Positions 18,547-28,349 of a stretch of 64,000 bases of DNA are shown piece after piece. The stretch comes from an uncultured Burkholderiales bacterium (GTDB lineage Bacteria; Pseudomonadota; Gammaproteobacteria; Burkholderiales; Eutrophovitaceae). The translations under genes and the position numbers were made by a program. Position 1 is the first letter of the stretch; every line of letters starts with the position of its first letter. The stretch is from contig CAWUVH010000007.1 of NCBI GenBank assembly GCA_963925895.1, positions 7,957 through 71,956 of the forward strand, in the 5' to 3' direction. The notes beneath the pieces are model-generated. The model did not search any database. It had not been told where the DNA came from and saw only the letters and a program-made list of their open reading frames with translations.

Positions 18547-19971
18547 ATGACTTCGTTTGATCCATTTGCGTCAATTGTAGAGCTCGGTCAACAACTCCGC
18601 TCTGGTCAACTCACCTCGGCATCATTGACTCAAGGCTACTTGGATAGAATCAAGCAGTACGATGAAAAATTCAATGCGTTTGTTGAGGTTCTTGAGTCTC
18701 ATGCGCTTGAACAAGCAAAATTTGCGGATGTGGAGTTCGACGCAGGAGTTGACCGCGGGCCGTTACACGGCATTCCTTATGCGGTCAAAGATTTGTATGA
18801 CATTGCTGGTGTTCCGACTAGAGCGGGTACTGATCTGCTAACCGATAATGTACCGAATGAGAATGCCTTTATAGTCTCCCGTCTCGAAGAACTAGGAGCC
18901 ATTCTTGTTGGTAAGACTCACACCGTCCAATTTGCTTACGGTGGCGTGGGTATAAATAATAAACTCGCTACCCCAGTAAACCCTTGGGCTCGCGATCATT
19001 ATATACCTGGGGGGTCAAGTAGCGGGTCAGGCGTTGCAGTTGGCGCCGGTCTTGTGCCCATGGCTCTTGGGAGCGATACGGGAGGGTCGGTAAGGATTCC
19101 TGCTTCGTTCAATAGTGTGACTGGATTAAAAACCACCGTCGGTCAAATTAGTCGTCGAGGTGTTTTTCCCTTAAGTTGGACTCTTGATTCAGTGGGCCCA
19201 CTAACGAGAGACGCTAGAGATGCAGAGGTCGTGTATCGGTTGATGGCAAAACAGGACCCCGATGATCCTTCTATGCAAGATTTTCGTCCATTAAGCGAAA
19301 TAACCAAGGCTTCGTCACAGGAAACGTTGACGGGACAGCGCTTGGTTTATGCTCAGAATGTATTCTTCGATGACTGTGACCCTGAGGTGGAAAAATCGGT
19401 TTTAGGCACGGCTTCTGTATTTAAAGATTTAGGGGCAAGCATTGAATATCGACCGTTTGATGTGGCAAATGCGGCGCTAAAATTGAATCCAAAAGGCTTA
19501 GTCATTGCTGCGGAGGCATACTATTCAAATAGGTTATTGGTCGATGAGCATTTTGATCAACTTGACCCTATTGTGTCGCATCGTTTGATTAAAGGAAAAG
19601 AAGTTACGGCTGTAGATTATATTGATATTCAAAATGGTATGGCATCGATTAGGAATCAAGCCATTGATTTTTTTGATACTGCAGATGCATTGCTCGTGCC
19701 CACTGTGATGATCCCGCCATGTTCTGTTGCGGCGTGTCAGGCTAGTGTTGAAGCATATTCCAAAACGAATGTGAGCTGTTTGCGTAATACCGCGATCGGT
19801 AACATGCTTAATTTAAGTGCCGTGACAGTTCCGTGTGGCTTTAATGCCATCGGGTTACCAATTGGTCTGATGATATACGGCAGACCATTTGATGAAATTA
19901 AAATTCTAAGGATTGCAAGAGCATTTCAGGATCGGACTCAGTGGCATTCTCAGAGGCCGCACATTGATTAG
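18547..19971 (+). CDS. Amidase-signature family amidase
   Basis: The GGSSSGSGVAVGAG...GSDTGGSVRIPA amidase signature; 474 aa. Confidence 0.85.
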   Translation: MTSFDPFASIVELGQQLRSGQLTSASLTQGYLDRIKQYDEKFNAFVEVLESHALEQAKFADVEFDAGVDRGPLHGIPYAVKDLYDIAGVPTRAGTDLLTDNVPNENAFIVSRLEELGAILVGKTHTVQFAYGGVGINNKLATPVNPWARDHYIPGGSSSGSGVAVGAGLVPMALGSDTGGSVRIPASFNSVTGLKTTVGQISRRGVFPLSWTLDSVGPLTRDARDAEVVYRLMAKQDPDDPSMQDFRPLSEITKASSQETLTGQRLVYAQNVFFDDCDPEVEKSVLGTASVFKDLGASIEYRPFDVANAALKLNPKGLVIAAEAYYSNRLLVDEHFDQLDPIVSHRLIKGKEVTAVDYIDIQNGMASIRNQAIDFFDTADALLVPTVMIPPCSVAACQASVEAYSKTNVSCLRNTAIGNMLNLSAVTVPCGFNAIGLPIGLMIYGRPFDEIKILRIARAFQDRTQWHSQRPHID

Positions 19972-19995
19972 TTTTTTTAGGGGGAGATTATTTGC

Positions 19996-20793
19996 ATGCA
20001 TGGGTTGAAAGGTGTTGTGGCGGTTATTACGGGCTCAGGGCGGGGTATTGGTGAGCAGATTGCGCGTCGTTATGCGTCTGAAGGTGCAAGACTTGTAATA
20101 GCTGATATAAATGAAGACGCGGTCCTGTCTCTTTCTGAAGAACTGCAGAGAGAGGGGGTGGATGTTTTGCCGTTGACAGTTGATGTTGCGGACCCTGGAG
20201 CTGCGACTAGACTCATTGCCGAATCAACTGGGCATTTTGGCCGCATTGATGTTTTGGTGAACAATGCGGGTGTTATTCGAGTAAAACCCTTCTTGGAGAC
20301 AACTCCAGAGGATTGGGATTACATGCAAAATGTAAATGCCAGAGGTTTATTTTTTTGTGTTCAGGCTGGTGCTAAACAAATGTTGAATCAGGCGCCATTA
20401 GCAGACGGTAGGCCGACAGGTAAGATCATTAATATGGCTTCGATCGCTGGTCGAGCAGGCCGAAAATTTATGTGTGCTTATTCGGCGAGTAAAGCTGCAG
20501 TTATTATGATTACCCAATCTGCAGCGTCAGAATGCTCTCCAAAGGTGACAGTCAACAGCATATGTCCGGGTCCGGTTGACACTGACATGTGGATTCAAAT
20601 TGATGCTGAGTGGACGGCGATTGAAAATAAACCGGTTGGAACGGCTTGGAGAGAGCGGGTGGAGGCTGTGCCGATGGCTAGAGCGCAAACGTCGGAGGAT
20701 GTTGCTTCAATGGCCTATTTTTTGGCATCTAAAGATTCTGACTTTATAACAGGTCAGTCCTATCATGTTGATGGAGGTGTTTTAATGCTTTAG
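19996..20793 (+). CDS. Short-chain dehydrogenase/reductase (SDR)
   Basis: TGSGRGIG, NNAG and YSASK motifs. Confidence 0.8.
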   Translation: MHGLKGVVAVITGSGRGIGEQIARRYASEGARLVIADINEDAVLSLSEELQREGVDVLPLTVDVADPGAATRLIAESTGHFGRIDVLVNNAGVIRVKPFLETTPEDWDYMQNVNARGLFFCVQAGAKQMLNQAPLADGRPTGKIINMASIAGRAGRKFMCAYSASKAAVIMITQSAASECSPKVTVNSICPGPVDTDMWIQIDAEWTAIENKPVGTAWRERVEAVPMARAQTSEDVASMAYFLASKDSDFITGQSYHVDGGVLML

Positions 20794-20836
20794 GAAGCAT
20801 CCTAATGACATATTATTATTTTGTGGAGGAATTACA

Positions 20837-21760
20837 TTGAAAGAAATTTGTCGAGGATTGTTATTTCCTGAAGGACCTGTGGCCATGCCCGATGGTTCCG
20901 TCTTGCTCGTGGAAATTGAACGTAAAACGCTCACGCGTGTTGATCCTGAGGGGGGGAAAACTATCGTGGCCGATTGTGGCGGAGGGCCCAATGGAGCGGC
21001 ACTCGGTCCCGATGGGAAAATGTACATCTGTAATAACGGTGGATTTGTTTGGACTAAGACAGGGCCCTTTAATCGGCCGGGGGAAGCGCTGCCGGATGAT
21101 TACGAAGGTGGGTCGATACAGACGGTTGACCTAAAAAGCGGTGAAGTCACTACTCTTTATCGAGAGTGCAATGGAGAATCTCTTAAAGGGCCAAATGATA
21201 TTGTTTTTGACCGCTTAGGTGGATTTTATTTCACGGACTTAGGTAAGCGCCGCGGTAGACAACTAGATCGAGGGTCAGTGTTTTACGCTAAGGTCGACGG
21301 TTCAATGATCGTTGAGTTGATCCATCCTTTTGACACCCCTAATGGAATCGGTCTGTCGCCAGATGAGAAAACACTCTATGTTGCTGAGACGAATGCCGCT
21401 CGACTTTGGGCGTTTGATATAGATTCGCCGGGTGTGTTGAAGAAAAACGGACCACATCTTTTTTGGCCGGGCCGGATACTTCATAAATTTAGTGGTTACG
21501 AGAAACTTGATTCACTCGCGGTCGATGCTGAAGGTAACGTTGTTGTCGCAACACTTGGGACGGGGTGTCTCACAGCTATCGCCCCGACGGGAGAGGTGAG
21601 AGCGCGAGTACCAGTGCCTGAATTTGATCTAATGGTGACAAATGTTTGTTTTGGTGGCCCAGACCTCAGGACTGCCTTTGTCACCTCCTCTGGACTGGGT
21701 CGACTATATTCCTTTGAATGGCATTGTCCGGGGCTGCCTTTGAATTTTTTAAATACCTGA
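20837..21760 (+). CDS. SMP-30/gluconolactonase/LRE-family lactonase
   Basis: Beta-propeller family blocks FPEGPV, PNDIVFD and PNGIGLSPDE. TTG start 6 nt after a GGAGGA RBS. Confidence 0.75.
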   Translation: MKEICRGLLFPEGPVAMPDGSVLLVEIERKTLTRVDPEGGKTIVADCGGGPNGAALGPDGKMYICNNGGFVWTKTGPFNRPGEALPDDYEGGSIQTVDLKSGEVTTLYRECNGESLKGPNDIVFDRLGGFYFTDLGKRRGRQLDRGSVFYAKVDGSMIVELIHPFDTPNGIGLSPDEKTLYVAETNAARLWAFDIDSPGVLKKNGPHLFWPGRILHKFSGYEKLDSLAVDAEGNVVVATLGTGCLTAIAPTGEVRARVPVPEFDLMVTNVCFGGPDLRTAFVTSSGLGRLYSFEWHCPGLPLNFLNT

Positions 21761-21771
21761 CCAAGTTATTA

Positions 21772-22491
21772 CTAATTCGATATTTTTTGAGGGCCTCTAA
21801 GTTTGATATTGATGAGCTCAACCGCGAGCGAAAAGGCCATAGCAAAGTAAATATAAGATTTTGGTATGTGAATTTGAAAACACTCGGCGACCAGTACGAT
21901 GCCGACCAATATTAAGAATGCCAACGCGAGTACCTTGATGGTGGGGTATTTGTCTACGAAGTTGCCAATGCCCTCGGCTGCAAACATCATGACAGCAACG
22001 GCTAAAACGATAGCGATAACCATGATGCTTAGTTGATCCACCAAGCCGACTGCAGTGATTACCGAGTCTAGCGAGAAAACGATATCTAAAATAGATATTT
22101 GAATAAGTATTGAGAGCAGGCTAGCTCTTTTGCTCGATGTTCTCTCAACGCTTGCACCCTTTAGCGCTTCATGAATTTCCTGGATTGCCTTCCCAATTAG
22201 AAATAATCCACCGAAGAATAAAATCAGGTCACGACCTGATATTGGAAAGTTAGCCAATGTGATAATTGGTTCACGGAGTGACATCACCCATGAGAGCGAG
22301 AAAAGGAGTCCTAATCGGGCGACCATCGCGAGTGAGAGTCCAAGACGTCGCGCAAACTTACGTTGTGCTTGTGGTAAACGGTTAACAAGTATTGAGAGGA
22401 AAATAATATTATCGATGCCCAGAACAATTTCTAAAGCTGTTAGTGTTCCAAGTGCGACCCATGCCTCCGGTGAGGCGAACCAATCAAACAT
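21772..22491 (-). CDS. TerC-family integral membrane protein
   Basis: LEIVLGIDNIIFLS and the repeated DSVITAVG block are typical of TerC/Alx-type proteins. Confidence 0.8.
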   Translation of the reverse strand: MFDWFASPEAWVALGTLTALEIVLGIDNIIFLSILVNRLPQAQRKFARRLGLSLAMVARLGLLFSLSWVMSLREPIITLANFPISGRDLILFFGGLFLIGKAIQEIHEALKGASVERTSSKRASLLSILIQISILDIVFSLDSVITAVGLVDQLSIMVIAIVLAVAVMMFAAEGIGNFVDKYPTIKVLALAFLILVGIVLVAECFQIHIPKSYIYFAMAFSLAVELINIKLRGPQKISN

Positions 22492-22593
22492 TTTTATTTC
22501 TCAATTTAGTCAGCATGCTCTTATTATAATTTAGAGCGCAGGCTGAGACCTAAAAAGTATTTTTTGAGTTGTGGCGTTCTGTATCTTGATTAC

Positions 22594-24465
22594 TTATTGA
22601 TGCGATATTTTTTCCCTTCGTAATTGACCAATAAGGGTCAACGTTATGAGTGCCGCTCCAATGATGTCGCTCTCTAGACCTGGTTTAATGAGAACTAATG
22701 CGGCAGTTAATAAGCTTATGCGTTCCCAGACTGAGGTTACTTTAAATAAGTATCCAGAGAGGCCGGACGCAAGGCATATGACGCCAATGACTGCTGTAAT
22801 ACTCGTTTGTACTATTTCCATGCCGGTACCAATGAGCAGCAGAGATGGGCCAAAGACAAACATAAATGGAATGATATACCCCGTCGCGCCAAGTCGTAGT
22901 GCGGTGATGCTGGAGTCCCAAATTGATGCGCGCGAAATACCATTTGCAGCATACACAGCTAATGCAACGGGGGGAGTGATGGCAGATAGAATGGCAAAAT
23001 AAAAAACAAACATATGGGCGGCCTCAACCATAACGCCTAGCTTCACTAGTGCGGGGACCAATAGTGCGGTTTGCATGATGTAAGCGGGTGCGGTTGGCAT
23101 ACCCATACCGAGCAGAATGCCGGCAAAACTAGTTAAAACAAGTGCTAGAAATAGGTGATTATTTGCTGCGGAAAGCACTAAATTCGTGAACTCTAACCCT
23201 AATCCAGTGATGAAGATCACACCGATGACAATGCCAGCACAAGCGCATGCAAGGGCGACAGTAACGGTATTTTTCGCTCCTTCCTCAAGCGCTTTCAGTA
23301 TATTTTTAATGTTTATGTATTCTCGAGTCGTTTTTCGGAGAAGCGCTGTTGGAATGGTGCTCATGATGCCGCACAGCGCTGCAAATGGCGCGCTAAAACC
23401 AAGCATAAGTGTGCCGATAATGATGATTAAGGGAAGGAATAGGTGGCCGCGCTCCTTAAGGACTTTTGATACTTTCGGAAGTTCAGATTTGTCTAGTCCG
23501 TGCATGCCATTTTTTTTAGCTTCAAAATGAATGCTTAGAAATAAAGCAACGTAATAGAGTATCGCCGGTAAGAGGGCGTACATGGCAACAGTAAGGTAAC
23601 TGACTCCAAGAAATTCGGCCATTATGAATGCCGTAGCACCCATGATTGGCGGCATGATTTGCCCACCTGTTGAAGCTACGGCTTCGACGGAGCCTGCAAA
23701 GGCCGGTTTATAACCAAGTCGTTTCATGAGTGGAATCGTGAATGCCCCAGTTGTCATCACATTTGCAACGGCACTGCCCGAAACCGTGCCAAACATTCCG
23801 CTGGTAATGCATGAGACTTTTGCAGGACCTCCGGCTGAATGACCAGCGAGTCCCATTGCGAAATCCATAAATAATGCACCAGTTCCCGTTCTCTCCACGA
23901 GTGCACCAAAGAGGATAAACAACATGACGTATGTGGCAGAGACGTATAACGGAATGCCTAAAATACCTTCTGTCCCCATATACATTTGCTCGATGACACG
24001 TTGAAAATCTACACCGCCAATTGTGAGGGCGTAGGTTAGAAACCCAACAGCCGTGATCGGTAGTGCCCAGCCCACAGCGCGGCGCGTTCCTTCTAATACT
24101 AGGAGTATGGTGATGACGCCGAACGTGAGGTCAATAGGGTTGAGCGGGTCTACATATGTCATACGGCTCACGATATAGTCTTGATAGAGGACTAAATAGG
24201 CGCAAGCGGCAATGCTCAGCACGATCAATATGAAGGATTCAATCTTGACGGTCCGTCGCTGTCCCTCTTTGTTCAAGCTGCCACTCGTTAAAAATACAAG
24301 TATCAACGCGAATGCTAAATGTGTGGCCCTTAAGGTTAGCGCGTCCGGTGGTCCTTGCCATGCGATATATAGGTGAAAGCCAGACATGGACAGTGCAACT
24401 AAAGAAATGATTGTTGCAATCGGACTCATAGTTTTTAGCATCACTTTTTTATCAGTCAACCGCAC
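22594..24465 (-). CDS. TRAP transporter fused permease (TAXI-type DctQM fusion)
   Basis: A 623-aa polytopic protein located directly downstream of the TAXI receptor gene. The start could instead be an internal Met a few codons in. Confidence 0.8.
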   Translation of the reverse strand: MRLTDKKVMLKTMSPIATIISLVALSMSGFHLYIAWQGPPDALTLRATHLAFALILVFLTSGSLNKEGQRRTVKIESFILIVLSIAACAYLVLYQDYIVSRMTYVDPLNPIDLTFGVITILLVLEGTRRAVGWALPITAVGFLTYALTIGGVDFQRVIEQMYMGTEGILGIPLYVSATYVMLFILFGALVERTGTGALFMDFAMGLAGHSAGGPAKVSCITSGMFGTVSGSAVANVMTTGAFTIPLMKRLGYKPAFAGSVEAVASTGGQIMPPIMGATAFIMAEFLGVSYLTVAMYALLPAILYYVALFLSIHFEAKKNGMHGLDKSELPKVSKVLKERGHLFLPLIIIIGTLMLGFSAPFAALCGIMSTIPTALLRKTTREYINIKNILKALEEGAKNTVTVALACACAGIVIGVIFITGLGLEFTNLVLSAANNHLFLALVLTSFAGILLGMGMPTAPAYIMQTALLVPALVKLGVMVEAAHMFVFYFAILSAITPPVALAVYAANGISRASIWDSSITALRLGATGYIIPFMFVFGPSLLLIGTGMEIVQTSITAVIGVICLASGLSGYLFKVTSVWERISLLTAALVLIKPGLESDIIGAALITLTLIGQLRREKISHQ

Positions 24466-24473
24466 GGCTACTG

Positions 24474-25442
24474 TTAGTTTTGTTTTTGGTCTTCATACCA
24501 TTTGCTCGCTCCGGGGTGCATGGGAACACCAATGTCGCGTGTCATGGTTGGTATATCGAGGCCTGCTATGGCTTTGGTTACCGAAACGAGCTCCATTGAT
24601 CCCGATACGATAGAGTCAAGAATGTGTCCTATGACCTGATCTTCTACGTCGCAGCGAGCGGTAAGATGCGTATACCAAAAGATTGTTGGTACATCCTCAT
24701 TTTGTTCAGGGTAAGTCCCCTTGGGGATAACACCTCGTTCGTATTTTGAATTTATTTTTTGCATTCGCTCATGAGCGTCCTCCGACATGGGCATTAATTT
24801 GACGGACCGAGAGCTGGCCAAATCCATAACAGCTCCGGATGGGATGGTCGTTGTTAAGGTAAATACGTCGGCATTTCCATCTTTCATCAGAGTTACTGAA
24901 TCTGTGTACGACCCAAAGCTTACATTTGAGAGGCTTTTATAATCCATGTCATGTGCTTGCAATAAGTGACTGGTAATGGCCTCTCCTGTAGCGCCTCGAG
25001 GTTGGGTTGCTAGAACTTTATCTTTTAGATCAAAGGGTGTGTCTACGCTCGACTCGGCAAGTGTTACTACTTGAAAGTACTGTCGGTAAAATGTGGCGAC
25101 ATTACAAATATTTTGAAGTGGCTCCTGAAATGGAGCTCTACCTTCTATTGCGTCTAAGCTTGTCACACTCTGGGCGAGTGCGATATCTGCTTGTCCGGTA
25201 TGTAGAGCGAGTACGTTAGAAACTCCACCCCCAGGCAATACTTGAATTTTTATATCTGATTGATCTCTTTCTATAAGGCCTTTTAGCGCGCCACCCAGTG
25301 GGTACCAGGCTCCTCCTTGAGGTCCAGTGACAAGTTTGTATGTTTTGGCGTTGGTGTTTTCTTCTGAGCAGCCGAATAAGCTGATTGAACCCAAAGCTAG
25401 GACAATAGTCATTGCTTTTAAAAAATCGAATTTTGTATGCAT
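24474..25442 (-). CDS. TAXI-family TRAP transporter solute-binding lipoprotein
   Basis: Lipobox-like SLFGC after a hydrophobic leader, with the GGAWYPLGGAL and LPGGGVSNV blocks. Start moved to ATG 25442. Confidence 0.8.
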   Translation of the reverse strand: MHTKFDFLKAMTIVLALGSISLFGCSEENTNAKTYKLVTGPQGGAWYPLGGALKGLIERDQSDIKIQVLPGGGVSNVLALHTGQADIALAQSVTSLDAIEGRAPFQEPLQNICNVATFYRQYFQVVTLAESSVDTPFDLKDKVLATQPRGATGEAITSHLLQAHDMDYKSLSNVSFGSYTDSVTLMKDGNADVFTLTTTIPSGAVMDLASSRSVKLMPMSEDAHERMQKINSKYERGVIPKGTYPEQNEDVPTIFWYTHLTARCDVEDQVIGHILDSIVSGSMELVSVTKAIAGLDIPTMTRDIGVPMHPGASKWYEDQKQN

Positions 25443-25491
25443 GGACAAGTTAATTTCCCCCTCAGTAAAATTTTTGATGGCCAATGTGTTT

Positions 25492-26403
25492 TTAGATGCG
25501 TTCAATTCGGTAACCTACTCTTGGAAAATGGACGCAAACGGTGCCGACACGTTCATTCGTATGAAGTAAACCTATACTATTTTTATCTATCGTATGTACT
25601 GCACCATCTACTGTCTTTTCTCCAGTATTCCCGTCAAAAACGATGGAGACGCTATCACCAACTGCGATATCTTGTTTGTCATTGATGTATGATTTTGACT
25701 TGAATGTTGTCTGAGCATTTTGAGCTGTATCCAGCGCTTCCTGCGAGGTCATGTCAGTAGACGTCCCATGTCCAATGTCCTTGATGGATTGTTCCCAGAG
25801 GCAAATATTAGGGAACTCCTCCATAAATTCTTCTCCAATTTCCCAACGCCGCCTAATAAACCAGGTAAGGGCAAATAAAGAGGCATCTGCTATGGTCGCC
25901 TCCTCCCCTAAAAGGAACCCACTATTATCTCCTATGGCTGTTTCTGCCCAAGAAAACTGAGCTCTGATTTGGGCGATAAAATTTGGAATCTGTGTCTTAA
26001 CAGATTCAATGTCTGCGTAGTCTCCTAAGAACAATTTCTTACGGTCTTCTAAAAATTCTTTGGGAAAAACATCTGATGAGCTTGCAATCGCTACAGCAAC
26101 TATAGGGTGAAATAATTGATCACTCCAATGATTAATTATTTGAATCAGCCCCATGCTCATTGATGGTGATGGGTTCTGACGCTCTATCTCAGATAAAATT
26201 CTTTGGCTATCGCAGAAAATATCAGCACCTATCTGCATGATCGGGGTTCGCCTATACCCGCCTGATAGCGGAATAACATCAGGTTTTGGCGGAAGGTTAG
26301 GTATCTCTACGGAGCGCCAAGATATGTTCTTTAAGCCAAAAATAACCCTAATTTTTTCTGAAATGGGAGATGCTGGATAGTGGTGAAGGATAAGTTCAGA
26401 CAT
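25492..26403 (-). CDS. Glutathione S-transferase-family protein with extra C-terminal beta-rich domain
   Basis: Thioredoxin-like GST N-domain (LHHYPASPISEKIR...TPIMQIG) and a helical C-domain. An additional tail of about 65 aa (GDSVSIVFDG...VHFPRVGYRIERI) follows. Confidence 0.65.
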   Translation of the reverse strand: MSELILHHYPASPISEKIRVIFGLKNISWRSVEIPNLPPKPDVIPLSGGYRRTPIMQIGADIFCDSQRILSEIERQNPSPSMSMGLIQIINHWSDQLFHPIVAVAIASSSDVFPKEFLEDRKKLFLGDYADIESVKTQIPNFIAQIRAQFSWAETAIGDNSGFLLGEEATIADASLFALTWFIRRRWEIGEEFMEEFPNICLWEQSIKDIGHGTSTDMTSQEALDTAQNAQTTFKSKSYINDKQDIAVGDSVSIVFDGNTGEKTVDGAVHTIDKNSIGLLHTNERVGTVCVHFPRVGYRIERI

Positions 26404-26468
26404 TTGGCGGATCCTTTTTATAAACCTAGTTGATGATTATTTGGTGCGTGAGGAGACTATGCGGCAGT

Positions 26469-27245
26469 CTAGCCGGCAATTGTGATCCCGCCGTCAGCGA
26501 CAATGGTTTGTCCCGTGATGTACGCGGACGCGTCGGAGGCCAAGAAAAGCGCAACACCAGCAATATCTTCAGGTTCGCCCAATCGTTTGAGCGCCGTTTT
26601 TTCTTCGTAGTGAGCGCGTGTTTTTGAGTCTTCCCATAGGGCTTTTGCGAAGTCGGTTCGGATGAGGCCAGGGGCAATGCCATTCACTTTGATCTTTTTG
26701 TCGCCTAGTTCAATCGCAAGATTTCGAATTAATTGCATATCCGCAGCTTTAGAAATCGCGTAGGCTCCAAGTCCTGGTGTTCCTTTAAGTCCTGCTATTG
26801 AGGAAACGATGAGTATAGAGCCTCCGTTCCTAAGCTCCATATGGGGCGTCACTAAGGACGATAGCCAGTGATTGCTCAAAATATTATTATTTAAGATCTT
26901 TTCAAATGCCGCATCTGGAATATCCTTTAATTGTCCGTAAAAGGGATTGGATGCCGCATTGCATACGAGGATATCAACGCCCCCGTACGTGTCCTTCGAA
27001 AAGCGCACTAAATCTTCAAGACTAGACTTATCAGATATGTTTGCGGCCGTCGCCGTCGCCTCACCGCCGAACGTTCGAATGTGATTGACCACCTCCTGAC
27101 AGGCATCAATTTTTCTGCTCGATACGATAACTTTTGCCCCGTGTTGAGCGTAAGCAATTGCTATGGACTTTCCAATCCCTCGGCTCGCCCCTGTAATAAT
27201 GGCGATCTTATTATCGAGGCGAAAGAAGTTTGTAGTATTGGGCAC
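26469..27245 (-). CDS. Short-chain dehydrogenase/reductase (SDR)
   Basis: TGASRGIG, NAAS and YAISK motifs. Confidence 0.8.
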   Translation of the reverse strand: MPNTTNFFRLDNKIAIITGASRGIGKSIAIAYAQHGAKVIVSSRKIDACQEVVNHIRTFGGEATATAANISDKSSLEDLVRFSKDTYGGVDILVCNAASNPFYGQLKDIPDAAFEKILNNNILSNHWLSSLVTPHMELRNGGSILIVSSIAGLKGTPGLGAYAISKAADMQLIRNLAIELGDKKIKVNGIAPGLIRTDFAKALWEDSKTRAHYEEKTALKRLGEPEDIAGVALFLASDASAYITGQTIVADGGITIAG

Positions 27246-27308
27246 GCGTTTAAATCTCCTGTTATCCCGAATGTTTGCCGCTCATTGGTCTAGCCAAATA
27301 CGCAATGG

Positions 27309-27608
27309 TTATCGCCACATTACTTCACAGTTGCGAGCCTCTGCTCGTTCAAGCAAATCAAAAAGAGGTTTAGCTCTCGTATTCAACGGGATATTAATTT
27401 CATTGTTTTGATTGTTTTCGCTAGTCATGGACGATTGTGAGAGCGATGGATGAGCGCGAGCGCGTCTCAACGCATCTAGAATTTCATTTGGCAATATGGC
27501 GCTTGGGATCGCACCGGTGAGCCCCATTAATTTAAGAAGCGGTATCGCGTGCTCCTTAAACATAATCAGGTTTCCAGTGCGACTTTCAAATTGAACGATC
27601 GTGGGCAT
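27309..27608 (-). CDS. DUF1840-like small protein
   Basis: The 99-aa product has an N-terminus F.S..G.LIMF...A..LL..MG resembling DUF1840 as remembered. Confidence 0.45.
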   Translation of the reverse strand: MPTIVQFESRTGNLIMFKEHAIPLLKLMGLTGAIPSAILPNEILDALRRARAHPSLSQSSMTSENNQNNEINIPLNTRAKPLFDLLERAEARNCEVMWR

Positions 27609-27686
27609 GGGCCATTTTTGAGTTAGATTTTAGATCCATCAAAATCGTTTATCACGATCTTAAATTTTAGTCTCTTGTCAGTATAG

Positions 27687-28232
27687 TTATAAAGCTCCTG
27701 ATTCAATTTTTTTCTTCATTGCATCAAGCCCAACGGAATAGACTTTGTTGTATATTTTTACCAGAGACGCATCATCTTTGCCCGCTGGCGGGGTATCTGT
27801 CCAGTAATGCACGCGTTTAAATGTAGCTTTCCATTCGACTTGTGATTTGCCATTTTTTGTCTCTGTCACTGTCATCGTTGAATAGTAATCACTCGAGAGT
27901 GGTACGCCTTGCACGTAGGTGTAAGAGGCCGTCATGTTGTAAGGATCGTACTCCACGAGTCGCTCTTCGATTTTCGTTCCGTTGCCGCGGGTCAATAATC
28001 GAATTGCACCCAGCTCCCTATTTTTTCCAAGTGTAATTTGAGTATCCTCAATAAAAATTAACCAATGGTGCAAACCACCAAAGTCGCTAACCACATTCCA
28101 GACTTTTTCGGTCGAGGCATCTATCTCAATGGTATGTCGCACGCTTAGCTCTGGCGCGTTCGCAGAATAGGCCGGCTGCGCGAGTATTAGAAAAATGCTG
28201 GTAATGGCGCTAACGGCGTATCGCAAGATCAT
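27687..28232 (-). CDS. Secreted SRPBCC (polyketide cyclase/START-like) family protein
   Basis: Signal peptide ends AYS/AN. The VW.VVSDFGGLH.W block is typical of SRPBCC proteins. Confidence 0.65.
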   Translation of the reverse strand: MILRYAVSAITSIFLILAQPAYSANAPELSVRHTIEIDASTEKVWNVVSDFGGLHHWLIFIEDTQITLGKNRELGAIRLLTRGNGTKIEERLVEYDPYNMTASYTYVQGVPLSSDYYSTMTVTETKNGKSQVEWKATFKRVHYWTDTPPAGKDDASLVKIYNKVYSVGLDAMKKKIESGAL

Positions 28233-28349
28233 TTTTTTCTCCCAGTAATGCGTATTTGATTGTTATTATTATTTACTAAGCGTACAGCGTCATAATGTAA
28301 CACGAGGCTGTAATCATTAAAGATTAATGGGTGATTGATTCTTTTAACA

